Of a DNA stretch of 64,000 bases, positions 48,880 through 63,059 are shown piece after piece. Source of the stretch: Mobula hypostoma (lineage: Eukaryota); contig NC_086108.1 in the NCBI RefSeq assembly GCF_963921235.1, positions 24,986,001 through 25,050,000 on the forward strand, in the 5' to 3' direction. How positions within the stretch are numbered: position 1 is the stretch's first letter; every line of letters starts with the position of its first letter. A program made the position numbers and the translations under genes. The notes beneath the pieces were generated by a model, which was not told the DNA's origin, ran no database searches, and saw only the letters and a program-made list of their open reading frames with translations.

Positions 48880-49890
48880 ATCTTAGACGTCTTGAGAGAA
48901 AGGCCACCAGTCAGTCAATGTTGGCAGAAACATCTCTGGCTCCATCACACTGAGCACCGGTGCCCCCACGACTGTATGTTCAGCTCGGCTGCTGATGCAT
49001 GACTGCATTGCCAGATTCAGTTCAAAATGAAGCAAGTCCACCGATGACATCACAGTGGTTGGCTTCATCAGCAATGATGATGAGACAGCATAAAGAGAGA
49101 AGGTAGAGTGGCTGGTGAATGGTGTGAGCACAACAACTTGAGTCTAACATGGACAAGATGAAAGAGATGACTATGTACTTCAGGCTGACCACTTCATATT
49201 CCACATAAACTCTCTTCAGTGACGAGTGTTAGGAACATTGTTTCTGGAAGTGCACATAATGGACCAACTCACCTGGTGTGCCAACTTTGTAACTTCTGCC
49301 GTATCCAATGGAATCCCACCACCAAGCACGTCTTTCTCTTTCCTCCACTTTGTTTTCCACAGGGATCACTCCTTATGTGACTCGCTTGTCCATTCATCCC
49401 TCCCCACTGATCTCTCTCCTGGTACTTATCCTTACAAGCAGAACAAGTGCCATACCTGCCCCTACACCTCCTCCCTCACCACCATTCAGGGTCCCGAACA
49501 GTTCTTTTAGCTGAGGTGACACTTCAGCTGTGAGTCTGTTGGGGTCATCTACTGTATCCGGTACTCTTGATGTGGCCTCCTGTATATCGGTAAGATCTGA
49601 CATAGCTTGGGAAACTGCTTTGCCGAGCACTTACGTTCCATCTGCCAGAAAAGGTGGGATCTCTTGGTGGCCACTCATTTGAATTCTATTTCCCATTCCC
49701 ATTCTCACAGTCCATGGTCTCCTCTGTTGCCCCGGTGAGGACACACTGAGGTCGGAGGTTGTACATGTGTATGTACAGTATTTCTTATAGCAATTTATTG
49801 TTTTGTTATGTATTGCAATGTACTGCTGCCACAAAACACCAAATTTCACATCATATGCCAGTGATAATAAACCTGATTCTGAATCTGATT
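48880..49890 (+). mobile_element. Rex1/Babar RT fragment and tail enclosing a PLE fragment (~49283-49760)
   Basis: TDDITVVGFISNDDETA (~49040-49090); PGTYPYKQNKCHTCPYTSSLTTIQGP (PLE); aataaacctgattctgaatctga tail. Confidence 0.75.
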
Positions 49891-51114
49891 TGTATGTTTG
49901 AAGTGTGTATAAACACACACAATGTTTAAATCTAAAATCTATTTGAAAGTTTAATCTAGTTGTAGATATATTAAGTGTTGCAACAAATTAAACAGATATG
50001 CCTAAGAACATAACATTATTGGCATCAATCCCCTGAATATATTACACGAGTTATGCTCTGCTTTTTAATTGCAATAATGAATTATGATCTGACCCAGCTT
50101 GTTAATAATTTGTATCATTTACATTTTTCAAGATGCAAAGTGCTTTGGGAAGAGTAATGTCAAAGAAAGCTGCCTGCTGATTTTCTGGAAGCAGAACATG
50201 TATCATCAGCTTGTGGAAGATGGCACTATTGTAACATCAGTTATGTGTTTTAGCATCCTGCATATCAAAACCGCATGGCAATAACTGATGTAGAAAACTC
50301 AGGAGTTCATGCTGTGGTCCACACATAGGGACTGATGTATCCTGGAAATTATTCTCTTTATGAAATAAACATTTACTTTGGCTTACTCAGTGAATTGTGG
50401 CTGAAGTCTATCTTGCCACATGCTCCATTCCAGTACTGAGGAGATCTGATATAACAATAAAAAATAGCTGGAGATACTCAACAGATCAGGCAATATATGA
50501 ATTCCAAAGTCTCAAGACTTACTGACAGAAAAATATTTCATCTTTACTTTTAATGAGCGATCCTTTACTCTTATACAAGACTTGTTCTAGATTCTTGCAC
50601 AAGAACAAATATCCCCTCTAAATCTACAACATCAAGATCTCTCAGTATCATTAATATCCTCACAATCTAGTCCTCGCTCAGTTAAAAAGTCCATTAAAAA
50701 TAAGCTCGACCTATCATATTCTGCTCAAGTGAGAATCTGCCCATTCCAAAAATTTTCTCTAAACATTCTCCAGTGCATTCATGCCCCTCATTAAAGAGGA
50801 CCAACACTGAATACAGTCCCACAAATATTGAGGATACCCTCTCTACTTCTGTATTCAGTTTCTGCAACAATAAGCCATAACTTTCTATTAGTTTTCCAAA
50901 TTGCTTGCTATATTTGCATTCAAGATCCATTTAAATAATATGCATTTCTAAAATTTTGTCTACCAGTGCAACGTCATCCCACAATACATTCCATTTATTA
51001 TCACTTTGAACATTCACTTCGCATCCCTCTGTTGCCTTCTTATCCCACTTTCCCACCAATCTTTGGGTCATCAGTCAGTTTCACAATCATTCCTTTCATG
51101 TCTTTATCTTATTC

Positions 51115-51680
51115 ATTTATCTGGAGTATCATGTGTATTGTGTGCAGTTTTGGTCACCTACCTACAGGAAAGATGTAAATAAAGTTAAATAAGTACAAGG
51201 AAAATTTACAAGGATGTTGCTGGGTCTGGAGGATGTGAGTTATAAGGAAAGATTAGATAGGTTAGGACTTTATTCTTTAGAAAATAGAAGACTGGGAGAA
51301 GATTTAATAGAGGTGTACAAAATTATGAGGGGTATGGATAGGGTAAATGCAAGCAGGCTTTTTCCACTGAGGTTGTGTGGGACTACAACCAGAGGTCGTG
51401 GGTTAAGTTGAAAGGTAAAAAGTTTAAGGGAAACATGAGGGGAACCTTCATCACTTAGAGGGTTGTGAGACAGTGGAATGAGCTGCCAGCATAATTGGTG
51501 CATGTGAGCTCAATTTTAATGTTTAAAAGAAGTTTGGATAGGTACATGGATAGTAAGTAGTATGGAAAGATATGATTCCACTACAGGCCAATAGGAATAG
51601 GCCGTTTAAATGTTTTGGCATAGACTATATGGGTCGAGGGGCCTGTTTCTGTGCTATACATTTTTCTGATTCTATGATGG
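51115..51680 (+). mobile_element. CR1 3' fragment
   Basis: SYKERLDRLGLYSLENRRL.EDLIEVYKIMRG (51214-51411) and 3' UTR. Confidence 0.85.
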
Positions 51681-53569
51681 CTGCAGAATTGGAGACCCCA
51701 GTGCCAATCCCTGTGGCACACCACGCAGCTCACCTTGCCAACAGATACAGGCTCTGTCTTTAATTATCAGATGGAAGCTTATTTGCCTGTAGTTTCCTGC
51801 CTTTTGATTACCCCCTTTTTGAATACTGGAAAGTTGCATTTGTTTTTTTTTAGAACTTCACGGAATATAGAGCACATTAGAAAATTGAAAGCAAAACACA
51901 ACTATTTCACAGCCACTTCTTTTCAAATATTAGGTCGGAATGAATAACTTATCATTAACCTCCATTTCTAATCAGCATATCTTCTTTCCTCTAAACTCAT
52001 TGTCCTTAATTTCTCTTAAATCTCCATTGAAATTCCCTGCCAACCCTATCTCTGACTTCACTGTCTCATTTAGCCATCTAATTCCAATTGACTGTGCAAT
52101 GGGGCCATCTATAATCATGTTCTGCATTTCACTCCCATATCCACTTTCCATTGTGTCCATTGCTCTAATCACTTGAAGAATCATTTTCAAAACTTTGCCA
52201 GTCCTGGCTTTGACTCTCCATTCACCATGACATTTCTGCAACTTTTGGCCTATTCAATTCACATACTTTTTTCCATATCAGAGAAAAAAATGTGAATATT
52301 ATTACAGGTAGCTGTGTCATTTGCCTCAGACACCTTAAGCAATAGTGGATTCTGCAATTGCCTGAATAAACTGCACACTGTTTCAGCATAATCTTGCCAA
52401 ATGAAGATAACTGCTGACTTCCTTACACCACGTTACCCCCTTAAAAATCTCTGACCCCATGTTTTCTCCCCCATCACCTCCAATTGTTACAAAAAAAAAC
52501 ACGGCTGTCTTTTCACTATTTCAGAATCTCTGCTCATCTGTCTTGCTGAATTAAACATGTTCCCAGTCCAACAAGCAATCTTCCGTTAAGGTTTCTCTCC
52601 TGCTCCAGCCTTGAACTTGCATCTTTTTGACTTTCTCTCCTATTTCCTCTGTTATTCTCTCATTGTTCATGAGTCACATGAGATTTCAATTCTATCTGCC
52701 ATACAACTGTCTACAAAATTACCTCCTTGTCACTTTGTTAGCTGAAGTGGCCCCGATCTCTCCAAACCTACTAACACACTCCATCCTCCAATTCCCACCT
52801 CTAACCTCTCTGACTGCACAGATTACTCTTCCATCTCTGACCTCAATTTCCTTTGCAGAGAAAGGCTTTGTTTCCACCTTGTATGACCTCAGGTATCTTT
52901 GCTGCATTCCACTTGTCATCTGTGTGTTCCTCTCAGCAACATCAAATGAAAACGCGTGAACCTTCACATGTCTGCAACAATGGCCATCTCTCATTATTTT
53001 TGGTGCTTCTCCCACTTTGACAGTTATTGTGTCAAGCTAAAGTATTGCAACACTAAATCCACCATCAAAGATATTGCGCCAAACTCAATTTTCCAACAAC
53101 AAACATCATCACTTTATTGAGAGACTGAGTCGAAAACTGATCAGCCTGAAACCTACATGTGGTATTTGATTCTAAGAACCGTTTATCCTTCAGATCAGTT
53201 TCTCTTCATCAACATGACCCACTTACATCCCAGTTAGGAAAATCACCTGACATCTCACATCATAAGGAGCCTTTTAAAGGAGGATTTGCCATTGGGTCCA
53301 GTAATAAGAATATACCAGAGCCGGTAAATACAAGTGAAGATCATTCTCAGCAACAATAACTATGATATAATACACATACAGAGAATAATAGAGAAGCAAG
53401 TGACAAAGGTCAGAAAAAAAACAAACTGAATGAAGGAAACAATTTGGGCCAAACAAGGCATACAGAATTAAACTTGGGAAAATATATTGGTCAATAACAT
53501 GGACAAACAAATATGTTAGAGAGCATTGACAAACACTTGTTCGTACCCTGAAAAAATATGGAGTCACAG

Positions 53570-53850
53570 AGTTATATGATGTGGAAACAAACCACCCAAT
53601 CTGCCAAGTAGACGCCAACCATTAAACACCCAATTATACTAATCCTCTACTGAGCCTATTTTGTTCACTCTCCACTTGTCCATTAACTCTTCACACTCTA
53701 TCAACTCGCACTTTGGGATGTGGTAGGAAACGGGAGCCACTGGAGGATAGTCATGTCTGTAGAGGGAGAGGGTACAAACCGCACACAAGGTCAGGATTGA
53801 ACTGAGGTTGAACTCTGAAGCTCGACTAGCAGTAGGACTCCATCGTGTTG
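53570..53850 (-). mobile_element. Decayed V-SINE-like SINE
   Basis: Minus-strand tctccctctacagacatg..cctccagtggctcccgtttcctaccacatcccaaag core. Confidence 0.55.
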
Positions 53851-53989
53851 TCCCAAACATTCTGCTCTCAAAAGTCACAAATAAACATTTACAATGCATG
53901 ACGTATGCATAAAATGATAAATTAAGGCTAAGGTACAAGTAATTTACTATTAGCAGCAGGAAATAGCACTATACAAGCGAAAGATATGG

Positions 53990-55015
53990 AGGATAGGGAC
54001 ATCAGAGTGCTGAGTGTATTGATTTACTGAGGCATTTCAAGATAAAGGAGGAGGTAGCGTTGGGTCTCTTAAAGAGATAAATTCCAGGGACTAATTGGAT
54101 ATATCCCTGGTTATTGAGAGAGGTAAGAGAAGAGATTGCTGGGGCCTTGATCAATACCTTTGTGTCCACCTTAGCCACAGGCAAGGTCCCAGAGGACTGG
54201 TAAGTAGCTAATGTTGTTCCATTATTCAAAAGAGGAACCAGGGATAATCCTAGAAATTATAGACTGGTGAGACTTACATCATTGGTAGGGAAGTTACTGG
54301 AGAGAATTCTTAATGATAGGATTTATGAGCATTTGGGAAATCATTGCTTAATCAGGGACAGCCAGCGTGACTTTGGGCTGGGCAAGTCGTGTCTTACAAA
54401 CTTGACTGAGGTTTTGACAAGTTGACGAGGATAACTGATAAAAGAAGTGTGAATGTTGTCTATATGGATTTTAGTAAGGCATTTGACAAGGTCCCTCATG
54501 GGAAGCTCATCCAGAAGATTAAGATGCATGGGATCCATGGTGAATTGGCTATTTGAATTCAGAAATGGCTTGCCATAGAGGACAAAGGGTAGCTGGTCAA
54601 AGGGACTTATTCTAGCTAAAAGTCTGTGATTAGTGGTGTTCCACAGGGATCTCTATTGGGATCTCTGCTGTTGGTGATGTACATAAATGATCTAGTTGAA
54701 AAAGTAGATGGGTGGGTTAGTAAGTTTGCAGATGATACAAAGATTGATGGTGTTGTGGATAGTGTGAAAGACTGACAAAGAATATAATGGATATAGATCA
54801 GTTGCTGATATTGGCAGAGAAATGGCAGCAGGAGTTTAACGCTTCCAAATGTGAAGTGTTGCAACTTGGTAGGTCAAATGCAAAGATATAGTACACTGTT
54901 AAAGATAAGATCCTTAACAGTGTTGATGAGCAGAGGGATCTTATGGTCCAAGTTCATAGTTTCCTGAAAGTGGCTACACACAGGTTGATAGGGTGGGACA
55001 GAAGGGATATGGCAT
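53990..55015 (+). mobile_element. CR1 RT fragment
   Basis: [55 protein letters not shown]. Confidence 0.88.
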
Positions 55016-55689
55016 ACATATTCAGAAAAATGTAGACTGTCAGCTTAACAGTGGTGGCAAGAAAAATAATGGAATTCCCACTAAATGAAAAATATATAAA
55101 ATCAACAAAACTCTAAAACACAAGAACAAATAATCAGCGTGGGTTTCAAGAAGAGTAATCTTTCTCGATAACTTTCATTGAATCCTGTGAGCAGTAACCT
55201 GGTGTATGATCAAGCCCAACATAGTGGACACATTGTCTAGATTCCCAAAAGGTCCAAAAATAACATTATCTAAGTTTGTTAAACAAGAACATAGAGACAG
55301 TTGGCTTCTATTGTGAAATCAGACAAAGGGATGAAAAGCAGCAGAGTTGCCGATTTTGAAAAACTGGATCACACAGGCTGGTGTAGGTCCACTGTTCTTT
55401 TAACAGTTTAGAAACAGCAATCAAATAACACCAAATAAGGGCAGGGAGTGGAGTAGGTACTTTGTTTCCAGTCTGGCAAAGCTCAATATCAAAGGTCTCA
55501 TCATAGTCTGGAAATCCCTTCATTAGCTCACATGTTAATTCTCTTTACCTTTATCCAATCCTACAATACTCCAATGCCTCTACCATCCTCCAGTTTGCTC
55601 AGTATGTCTATCACATCCCATCAAATATCTAGATGCTAAGATCAAATACCACTGTCTCCCACCATCACCCATAAATTGCTGTCCTCACC

Positions 55690-56203
55690 TGATTCTCCTC
55701 CATTTCCCAGACAACCATGCTCACTCTCTCCTCCTGCATCCTTAAAAGGGATAGTGTTCCTCTTGCTCCCACCTACCATCCCATGTGCCTCTGCATCCAA
55801 CGCATCATTCTTTACTTCTGCCATCCTCAACAGGAACCTACCACCAAATTACCTCTCCCTCAGTCTCTGCTTTCTGTAGGGATTGCCCCTCTGTGATTCC
55901 CTTGTCCATTCATCCCTCTCTACTAATATCCCTCCTGGCACATATCCCTCCTGGCACATATCCCTGCAAACGACAGAAATGCTGCACCTGTCCATTCATC
56001 TCCTTTCTCACCTGCTATCCACCTGGCTTCCCCCATCACCTTCTAGCTTGCCCTCATTCCACTCACCTTCACCTTCTTATTCTGGCATCTTCACCTTCCT
56101 TTCCAGTCCTGATGAGGGCTCTTGGCCCAAAACATGGACTAATGATTTATTGCCACTCATACTGCCTGACTTGCTGAGTTCCTCCAGCATTTTGTGTGTG
56201 TTA
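55690..56203 (+). mobile_element. Decayed, internally deleted PLE 3' part
   Basis: PGTYPCKRQKCCTCPF; cagtcctgatgagggctcttggcccaaaacatggact hammerhead-like remnant at 56104-56140; pLTR end. Confidence 0.8.
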
Positions 56204-56319
56204 CCTATCTTTGACTTTCTTTTGCGCTTCAGTATTCTCCTAAAGACTACCTCTTCAGCCATTAACTCTCTCCTGCCTCACTCTGAATATAGAATTGCAT
56301 TAAAATCTTGTCATCCTCT

Positions 56320-56790
56320 TATAGAAAAGATGTGAAGGCTATGGAGAAGGTGCAGAACATGTTTACCAGAATGCTGCCTAGATTGGAGGGCATGTGCTTT
56401 AACTAGAGGTTAGACAAACTTGGGTTGTATTCTGTGAAAGAGCAGAGGCTGATAACCATATAACCATATAACAATTACAGCCCAAGAGTTAATAAAATTA
56501 TGAAAGGCATCAATATAGTAGATAAGCAGTACCTTTTTCCTATAGCCAGTTCAAAGGAGATGTGGGGAGCAGGGTTTTTTGTCACCTGGAGTGTGGTAGG
56601 TGTCTGGAATGCACTTTGGGGTGCTAATAGAGATCAATTTTTCAGAGGGTTTTGAAAGGCTTTGAGGTAGTTACCTGCTGTGCAGAGAATGGCTTGATAT
56701 GGTCCATGTGTAGGCAGAAGGGATTGGTATCATTAGCTTATTTAGTTCATCACGATTTCGTGGGCCTTCTTCTGAATTGCATTGTTCTAT
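56320..56790 (+). mobile_element. Decayed CR1 3' fragment
   Basis: KDVKAMEKVQNMFTRMLP.LEG...RLDKLGLYS and a 3' UTR remnant. Confidence 0.7.
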
Positions 56791-56794
56791 GAGT

Positions 56795-57220
56795 CAACAT
56801 CAGGGCAGGCCACATCATTTGCATGTTCGACAGCAGACTTCCAAAATACTCTTTCAAATTCTGACACAGAAGGAAATTACCAGGCAGATGAAGGAAAAGA
56901 TTCAAAGATGAACTCGAAGTCTTCTTGAAAATCTGTAAATTTGTTTTGATTCCTGGGAATCCCTGGCTCATGCTCACACAAAGCATTTACAATGGTATTG
57001 AGAAGATTCAGGCCATGCACTGCGAGCACATGAGGGCCTGCATTTTGGTGGAAGGACCATGCTACATCACAGCCTTACCATCTGCCGACCTCTTTGGCTA
57101 CCACTGCCCAATCTGCAGAAGAGACTGCAATTCCGACATTGGCCTCATTTACCCCTCAGAACCCATAAGACCAGAGTGACAGTAAGTCATTCTTAATTCC
57201 TGAGGGACCATCTGAGAAGG
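56795..57220 (+). mobile_element. RTE-clade LINE 3' end
   Basis: AGHIICMFDSRLPK, RKRFKDELEVFLKIC, CPICRRDCNSDIGL C-terminal motifs. Confidence 0.75.
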
Positions 57221-57939
57221 AGATTTCTCTGGTCAAGCTACTGTATACCAATATTCAGATCGCTGCCAAGTGTTTGTGTGATAACACTCCAGCGATGACC
57301 CTGTCAGTCCTTATTTGGTATAATTATGCTGTGTTTATGTCCCTCCCTGGTCTTCCATTTACTCCACTTATTTGCTGAAACTTTGAAAATAACTTTTTTT
57401 TTCCTTTGTTTGATGAGTTCTCTTGAGCACGGCCCCAAATGCATGTTGTATTCTGATCAAACGATAATGTATGACAGAGCTTCATACCTTGTCTGGTTAC
57501 TAAGTGCTGTTAAAATACTTGACAGAAGTGGGTGCTGCTGAGCTTAATTTTGCCTCTGGTGTTTAAAAAAGCACTTGAACTGTACCATCCATTAGTAATA
57601 CATTTGCTGCTTAGTCTTTTTCTTATTGTTTCCATGGAAATAAGCTTAAAAGAAGAAAGAAGACGCAGACTTCTAAATTGCTTCAGTTATAAAAAATAAC
57701 AGCTATTCTTGAATGTGGCTAGCAGTTATGAAAATCTAATGATCCTTGACATCACTCGACAGATGTGAAAAAAGAAAAAAGGATGTTATTTGAATATAAT
57801 TGAGTCAAATTAGAACAATTGATTCTGGGAAGTCACTGTGTACCTATCCACAAGCTTTTAGACACAACAAGAAATAAATTGATGGACTACTAGGCCAAAA
57901 AATAGTCAACATTGGAAATTACTCCTTTTGAAAACATCT

Positions 57940-58250
57940 TGGTTGATTGTGGGAGTGCTGTCCCACAGACTATTCATGCAACAAATCGGTACTGTGGTAC
58001 TTGCAAAATTCTGCCTTATCGACGTCAATGCACTTAACTCCAACATCACTACCCTGGGCATGTGCTGTCCTATCCCATGGGACAGAGGTGGTAGCACATG
58101 TGGATTACAATCTGGAATAAAGGCCCTAAGAGTCTTCAACGTTGCTTGTAGACCTGAAGAATTCTCATGTTATTAGGTCAAACATGGGCAAAGAAACTTT
58201 CTAATTAACATCTCCCATCTTCCCTCCACACTGAATAATCTTTGAGGGGG
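57940..58250 (+). mobile_element. Decayed CR1/L2-group endonuclease fragment
   Basis: VLSHRLFMQQ..TVVL, ITTLG, DRGGST, ALRVFNV..PEEFS resemble APE N-terminal motifs. Confidence 0.55.
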
Positions 58251-60254
58251 TGCAAGAACAGAGAATGTGCTTTAGTTGAGGCTTCAGTGCTTGTAGCCAA
58301 GAGTGGTATTGTAACAGCAGCACTGTTTGCTGGACAATGATGTCACACTAGCTCTGTGACAAGTAGTGAGCATACAAACACCTTGTATACATTCTGCAAA
58401 CAAGAAAACACTGTCCTCTTGAATAGAGCTTCTCAAAGGATAAAGAAATTTCTCTTCGCCTCATTACTAAACATCTGATCCCTCTTTCTACAGACTATGC
58501 CCCCTAGTTCTACATTTCTTGGCCAAGTGAACCAACTTCTCAGCATCCACTTTGTTGATCTCTTTGTGCTCCAATGAGATCAGCTCTCATTCTGCTTAAA
58601 TCCAGAGAGTCAAGGCCTATCTTACACAGTATTTCTTGTTAGTATAGCTATCTCATCTTAGGAAACACAAGTATATCCTTCCCAAGATATGGAGAACACA
58701 TAATACCCCTGTTGCGGATAATATTAAAGCCCCCCGCCATTCTTGCAGTTCTTAATCACTTTTGGGTTCCAATCTCTTGTAACTGATGTGCCAAATGGCC
58801 ACCTTCTATGCTTTGAGAAAATAAGAGAAAAACAGAAATTAAAATACTGTATACGGTATTTCTTCCTAATTCCTTTTTCTATCTATTTATTTCAGTGTGT
58901 GGGGAACACTCAAATCACACTGAGCATCAAAATATATTAACTGTCCCACATTAGAAAATGAACTAATTGTCCCAACCTTACATTTGAAATCTTTTTGCCC
59001 ATGCTGAGTGTCCATCTTTCCTTTCTTCTACCACCTTATCTGCCACAACCATCCATTCATGCTACAGGCAAGGGTAGCTTGTCAGCACTGGCAGGCTAGT
59101 AAGGATTCCTTCCTGCTGCTGAACACATGTTCAACTGAGTGGGATTAGAGACAGTATAACATAGAGTATGCCCTCCATATAAACTACTGACATTAAATAG
59201 GAGTTGCACACACACATTGATACAGCGATCAGCTTTTATTGGATCGCCGTGGTGAATGACAGTACTTGCTTCACAGGGCAAAGAAAATCTTTACCAATAT
59301 GGCATCCAAGGTGACATATCATGCAAATTTGGACCCACACATCACACACACCACATTAGAAACGGTTCACCACCCAATCTCAGAAATGAATGCCCCGCTT
59401 TGTCCATGGTTTAAGTGTGTCATTTTCTGTGCATCTCCAGCGTGACACTCCTCCAGCCTTCTAAGATTGCCACCAGCTGCTTCATCCTTGTGATATGATT
59501 GTACCATGGCCAGACCTGCAATCTGTGATAGGGAAGGCAGCCAAAGCAAAATGTAACTAAGGTAAAGTGGCCTCAGAGACCTGATGTAATCTGTTTTCCA
59601 AAGAAAATCTACTTGAGCCTGTGCAACTAAGTCATTGAGCAGGCTCTGCCAGTAGCAACAAATGTGCATCTCCCTGTAGCTTGCACTGGGACGGTGCCTA
59701 CACTTGCCGCCAGGTGCAAACAGCCAGTACTGTCTCCTAGACTTGCCAAGGCACAATGTATCAGCAATGTGTTGACAGATGCAATCCACTCATTGCATCT
59801 AATCTCAATCAGTCTTTATATTAATATAAGCACACAAAATCGCACAATATTACACAACAATTAGTAGGTAAGCTACGTCAGAAAAGAGATAGCTTTAATT
59901 TGGACCATCGCAGCCCAGCAGTTTCCGGCTGAAGCAGAACACTTGATCATTTTTAACTGATAATCTGACTACATCCCACCGATTACACGGCAGGTGATTA
60001 TGTAAAAGTAGTATTGCCCTTTAGATGTGACTGTGATGTCGGCAATTGCATTCTACATATGTAAATATCATGGGTATTGTTAGCAATTTGCTGATTCCAT
60101 GACAATGACACTACTTAACTGCACAGAGAATGCATTAAGTACTGATTGAAGTAATAAATGGGCATTATTTCTTCCTCATCAAGATAAATCATATTAACAA
60201 ATAAAGGCTGAGAAGAGTAGACCTTGCTTGACTTTCAGAATAGGATTATTTTGA

Positions 60255-60630
60255 ACACATTTAAATCTGCAGATGCAGGAAATCCAAAGCAACACACACA
60301 AAGTGAGGAGGAACTCAGCAGGTCAGGCAGAGTCTATGGAAATGAACAAACAGTTAATGTTTCAGGCTGAATCCCTTCTTTAGGACTGAGAAGGAAGGGG
60401 GAAAGACGTCAGAATAAAAAGATTGGGGTGGGTAAGGCGGCTAGCTGGAAGGTGATAGATGAAACCAGGTGGATAGGAAAACTAAAGGGCTGGAGAAGAA
60501 GGAATCTGATAGGCGAGAAGAGTGGACCACCGGAGAAAGGGAAGGAGCAGGGCACACAGAGGAAGTGATATGTAGGTGAGAAGAGGTAAAAGGTCAGAGT
60601 GGGGAATAGAGGAACAGGGGAATGGGAATT
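60255..60630 (-). mobile_element. PLE pLTR/3' region fragment
   Basis: aatctgcagatgcaggaaatccaaagcaacacacac... tail and decayed core cagtcctaagaagggattcagcctgaaacatt (60351-60388). Confidence 0.8.
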
Positions 60631-61039
60631 ATCTTGAGCTTTGGGGTGGGATTCGTGCAAACTGTACCCATTTACTCGGGACTGCCCAGCACTCAGACTT
60701 ATTTTATAATCAGCATGCTATTAGCTAGAAGGCAAGCTAGAGAGCGTGCCTGCTTATCCTGATGTTTGTGGTTATTGGAGATATGAAGTGGCTGTGCAAG
60801 CAGGCAGAAGCTCCATTCCTCTATTTATACAGAGCCAACAGGACAGCCACTCCTCTGCTGAATAGTTACGCTGTCGGATATGGCCAACAACCAGAGAGAT
60901 AAATCCAGATCCTACCACAGCAGATCAGAAATTTAAACTTAGTTCACTAAATAATTCAGAAGGAAGGAAAAGCACACTAAAGGTAGCTATGTAATCTCTG
61001 TAATGGGATTAGAACCGATTGTGGCTCCTTTGTAAAAAA

Positions 61040-61226
61040 AATTGTATGTTCTTTCCATGAGTGCATGAGTTTCCTCCCAAAGTCCAAAGACGTACCAGTT
61101 AATAGGTTAATTGGTCATTGTATATCATCCTGTGATTAGGCTAGGGTTAAATATGTTGGTTATGTGGTGGTACAGTTAGCTGAGCCAGAAGGACCTGCTC
61201 CACACCCTATCTCCAAATAAATAAAT
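61040..61226 (+). mobile_element. Truncated V-SINE-like SINE
   Basis: gtttcctcccaaagtccaaagacgtacc...tatctccaaataaataaa. Confidence 0.75.
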
Positions 61227-61519
61227 ATTTTGTATGTAGTCTCCAGTTACACTGTCTTCATCTTAAGACATATGAGACTACAAATGTGGGAATCTAATCA
61301 ATAATACACTGGAGGAACTGGCCACAGTAATCTAGGCACAGAAGCAGTGTCTAGACATGCAACACATCATCCAATGCCACATCACTTTGTCCATAGTCCT
61401 TTTGCATCACATGGCAACACACAAATTCAAAGCAAAAATTATGGAACTTACAAGACAAGATGAAAATCTGCCATTTTCACTCATGTTTTATTTTATATAT
61501 AAATTGGACAGCCATAGGG

Positions 61520-61840
61520 TTCTAGAGCATGGAAACAAGCCTCTAAGTTTGTGCTAAGTCAGTGCTATCCACAAAGCATCTTTTCACACTGATCTCCCTT
61601 TATTCTCCTTCCATTTTCAGCAATGCTTCTTACTTGCTTACATACTAAGGACAATGTATAATGGCTAATTATTCTATCTACCTTCAAGTCTTTGGAATGT
61701 GAGAGGAAGCTAAAGCACTCAGAGGAAACCTACAATGTTACAGAAGAAAACATGCAAACTCCACAGAGATGGTACTGGAAGTAAGGATTGGATCTGGGTT
61801 ATCGGAGCTATGAGGCAGCAGCTCTACTGGCTATGGCACG
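61520..61840 (-). mobile_element. Decayed V-SINE-like SINE
   Basis: Minus-strand gtggagtttgcatgttttcttctgtaac...gtttcctctgagtgctttagcttcctctcacattccaaagac. Confidence 0.65.
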
Positions 61841-62989
61841 GCGTCAAGCACCTAAACTGGTTGAATTAATTTCTAGGCACTGCTTCAAACACTGAACCCA
61901 AATTTTCTCCATCATTTTCCATCATTTAATGACATAATTTTAGCATCATAACACTGCAATTCTTTGTAAGTTCAATAAAGCTGTATACATGAACCTTTGA
62001 AACTTGAACATGTATCCACAATATCAGCTACACAAATTTCCTTTGACTTTAGGTAGTAAAATGAAACCAGGAAAATATAATCTCATTTCTGGAATTCAAA
62101 ATCAAAAGTATGGATAAATCAAATTTGGAATAAAAATATTCATCAACAAGATGTGGATAGCCAACTTTTGTTGTCCATTTTTAATTACACCTAAATTAGG
62201 AGCTGTATTATGTTAGCCAGATTCACACAGATGACCACTTTTCTATCCTGAAGGGCAGTAGTGAAACAGGTGGAATTTTACAGCAGTCTAGCAGCATCAC
62301 TGTCACCGTTACTTAAGTTTAAACTCTCAGCTTCCCAGAGTAGGATTTGAACTCAAGACTCTGGATCAATGGTCCAGAATATTGGCTGTCTGTCTGGTAG
62401 TAATTTAACTAGTATGTCACCAGTGTATTTCCATTGAAGTTATGCTGATTTGATTCATCCATCTGTGAAGTGAAGGCCTCTCAATAAGTATTTTGAATAT
62501 TGATGACCATCTCAAATTCCACTGTGCCTGACCATAGCTCAGAATGTGCCCATGCTTTACCTCACCATGATGCAAATATCTGTCATATTTACAAACTGTC
62601 AGATATCAAGCAGTGGGCAGTGTTCCTGATGCAACGTCATTCCTTTTGAGATCAACTATATAGCTATATTTCAAATAAAGTTGATTTTATGGACCCAGTT
62701 ATTCTGAAACTAAAAGACCATGTAATGGGTCATTAGAACGGCGGAAGCAAGCTCTATAATTTTTACAGAGGGAGCTGTGAAAATTTAATTCTGAGGTGTC
62801 AGGTATCACGATAAATCCTCATATCTTTCAATAATATGCAATAAAAACACAAAACTTCTGTCTGCTCTCTTAACGATTCCATGAATGAGAGTATTATGAA
62901 TAAAATCAGTAGTGGGAAATTAATCCTGTGCTTTAGTCAGAATCAACATTCAGAATAATCTGAAACATCACAGGCATAGGGAATATTCA

Positions 62990-63046
62990 CACTCACTGGC
63001 TGCTTTATTGGATACAGGAGGCACCTAATAAAGTAGCCACTGAGGG
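62990..63046. mobile_element. ~57-bp Tc1 TIR-only MITE
   Basis: cactcactggctgctttattggatac-aggagg-cacctaataaagtagccactgag; same layout as 27633-27694. Confidence 0.7.
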
Positions 63047-63059
63047 CAATTCTGAATGG

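Noticed and set aside
52000..53150. Additional very old LINE on the minus strand
   Set aside because: Only a faint ANDT (ADD-like) hint near 52315; too decayed to support a call. Decayed CR1 scraps at ~28.8-29.9 kb, 50.5-51.1 kb and 58.4-58.8 kb were likewise left unlisted.
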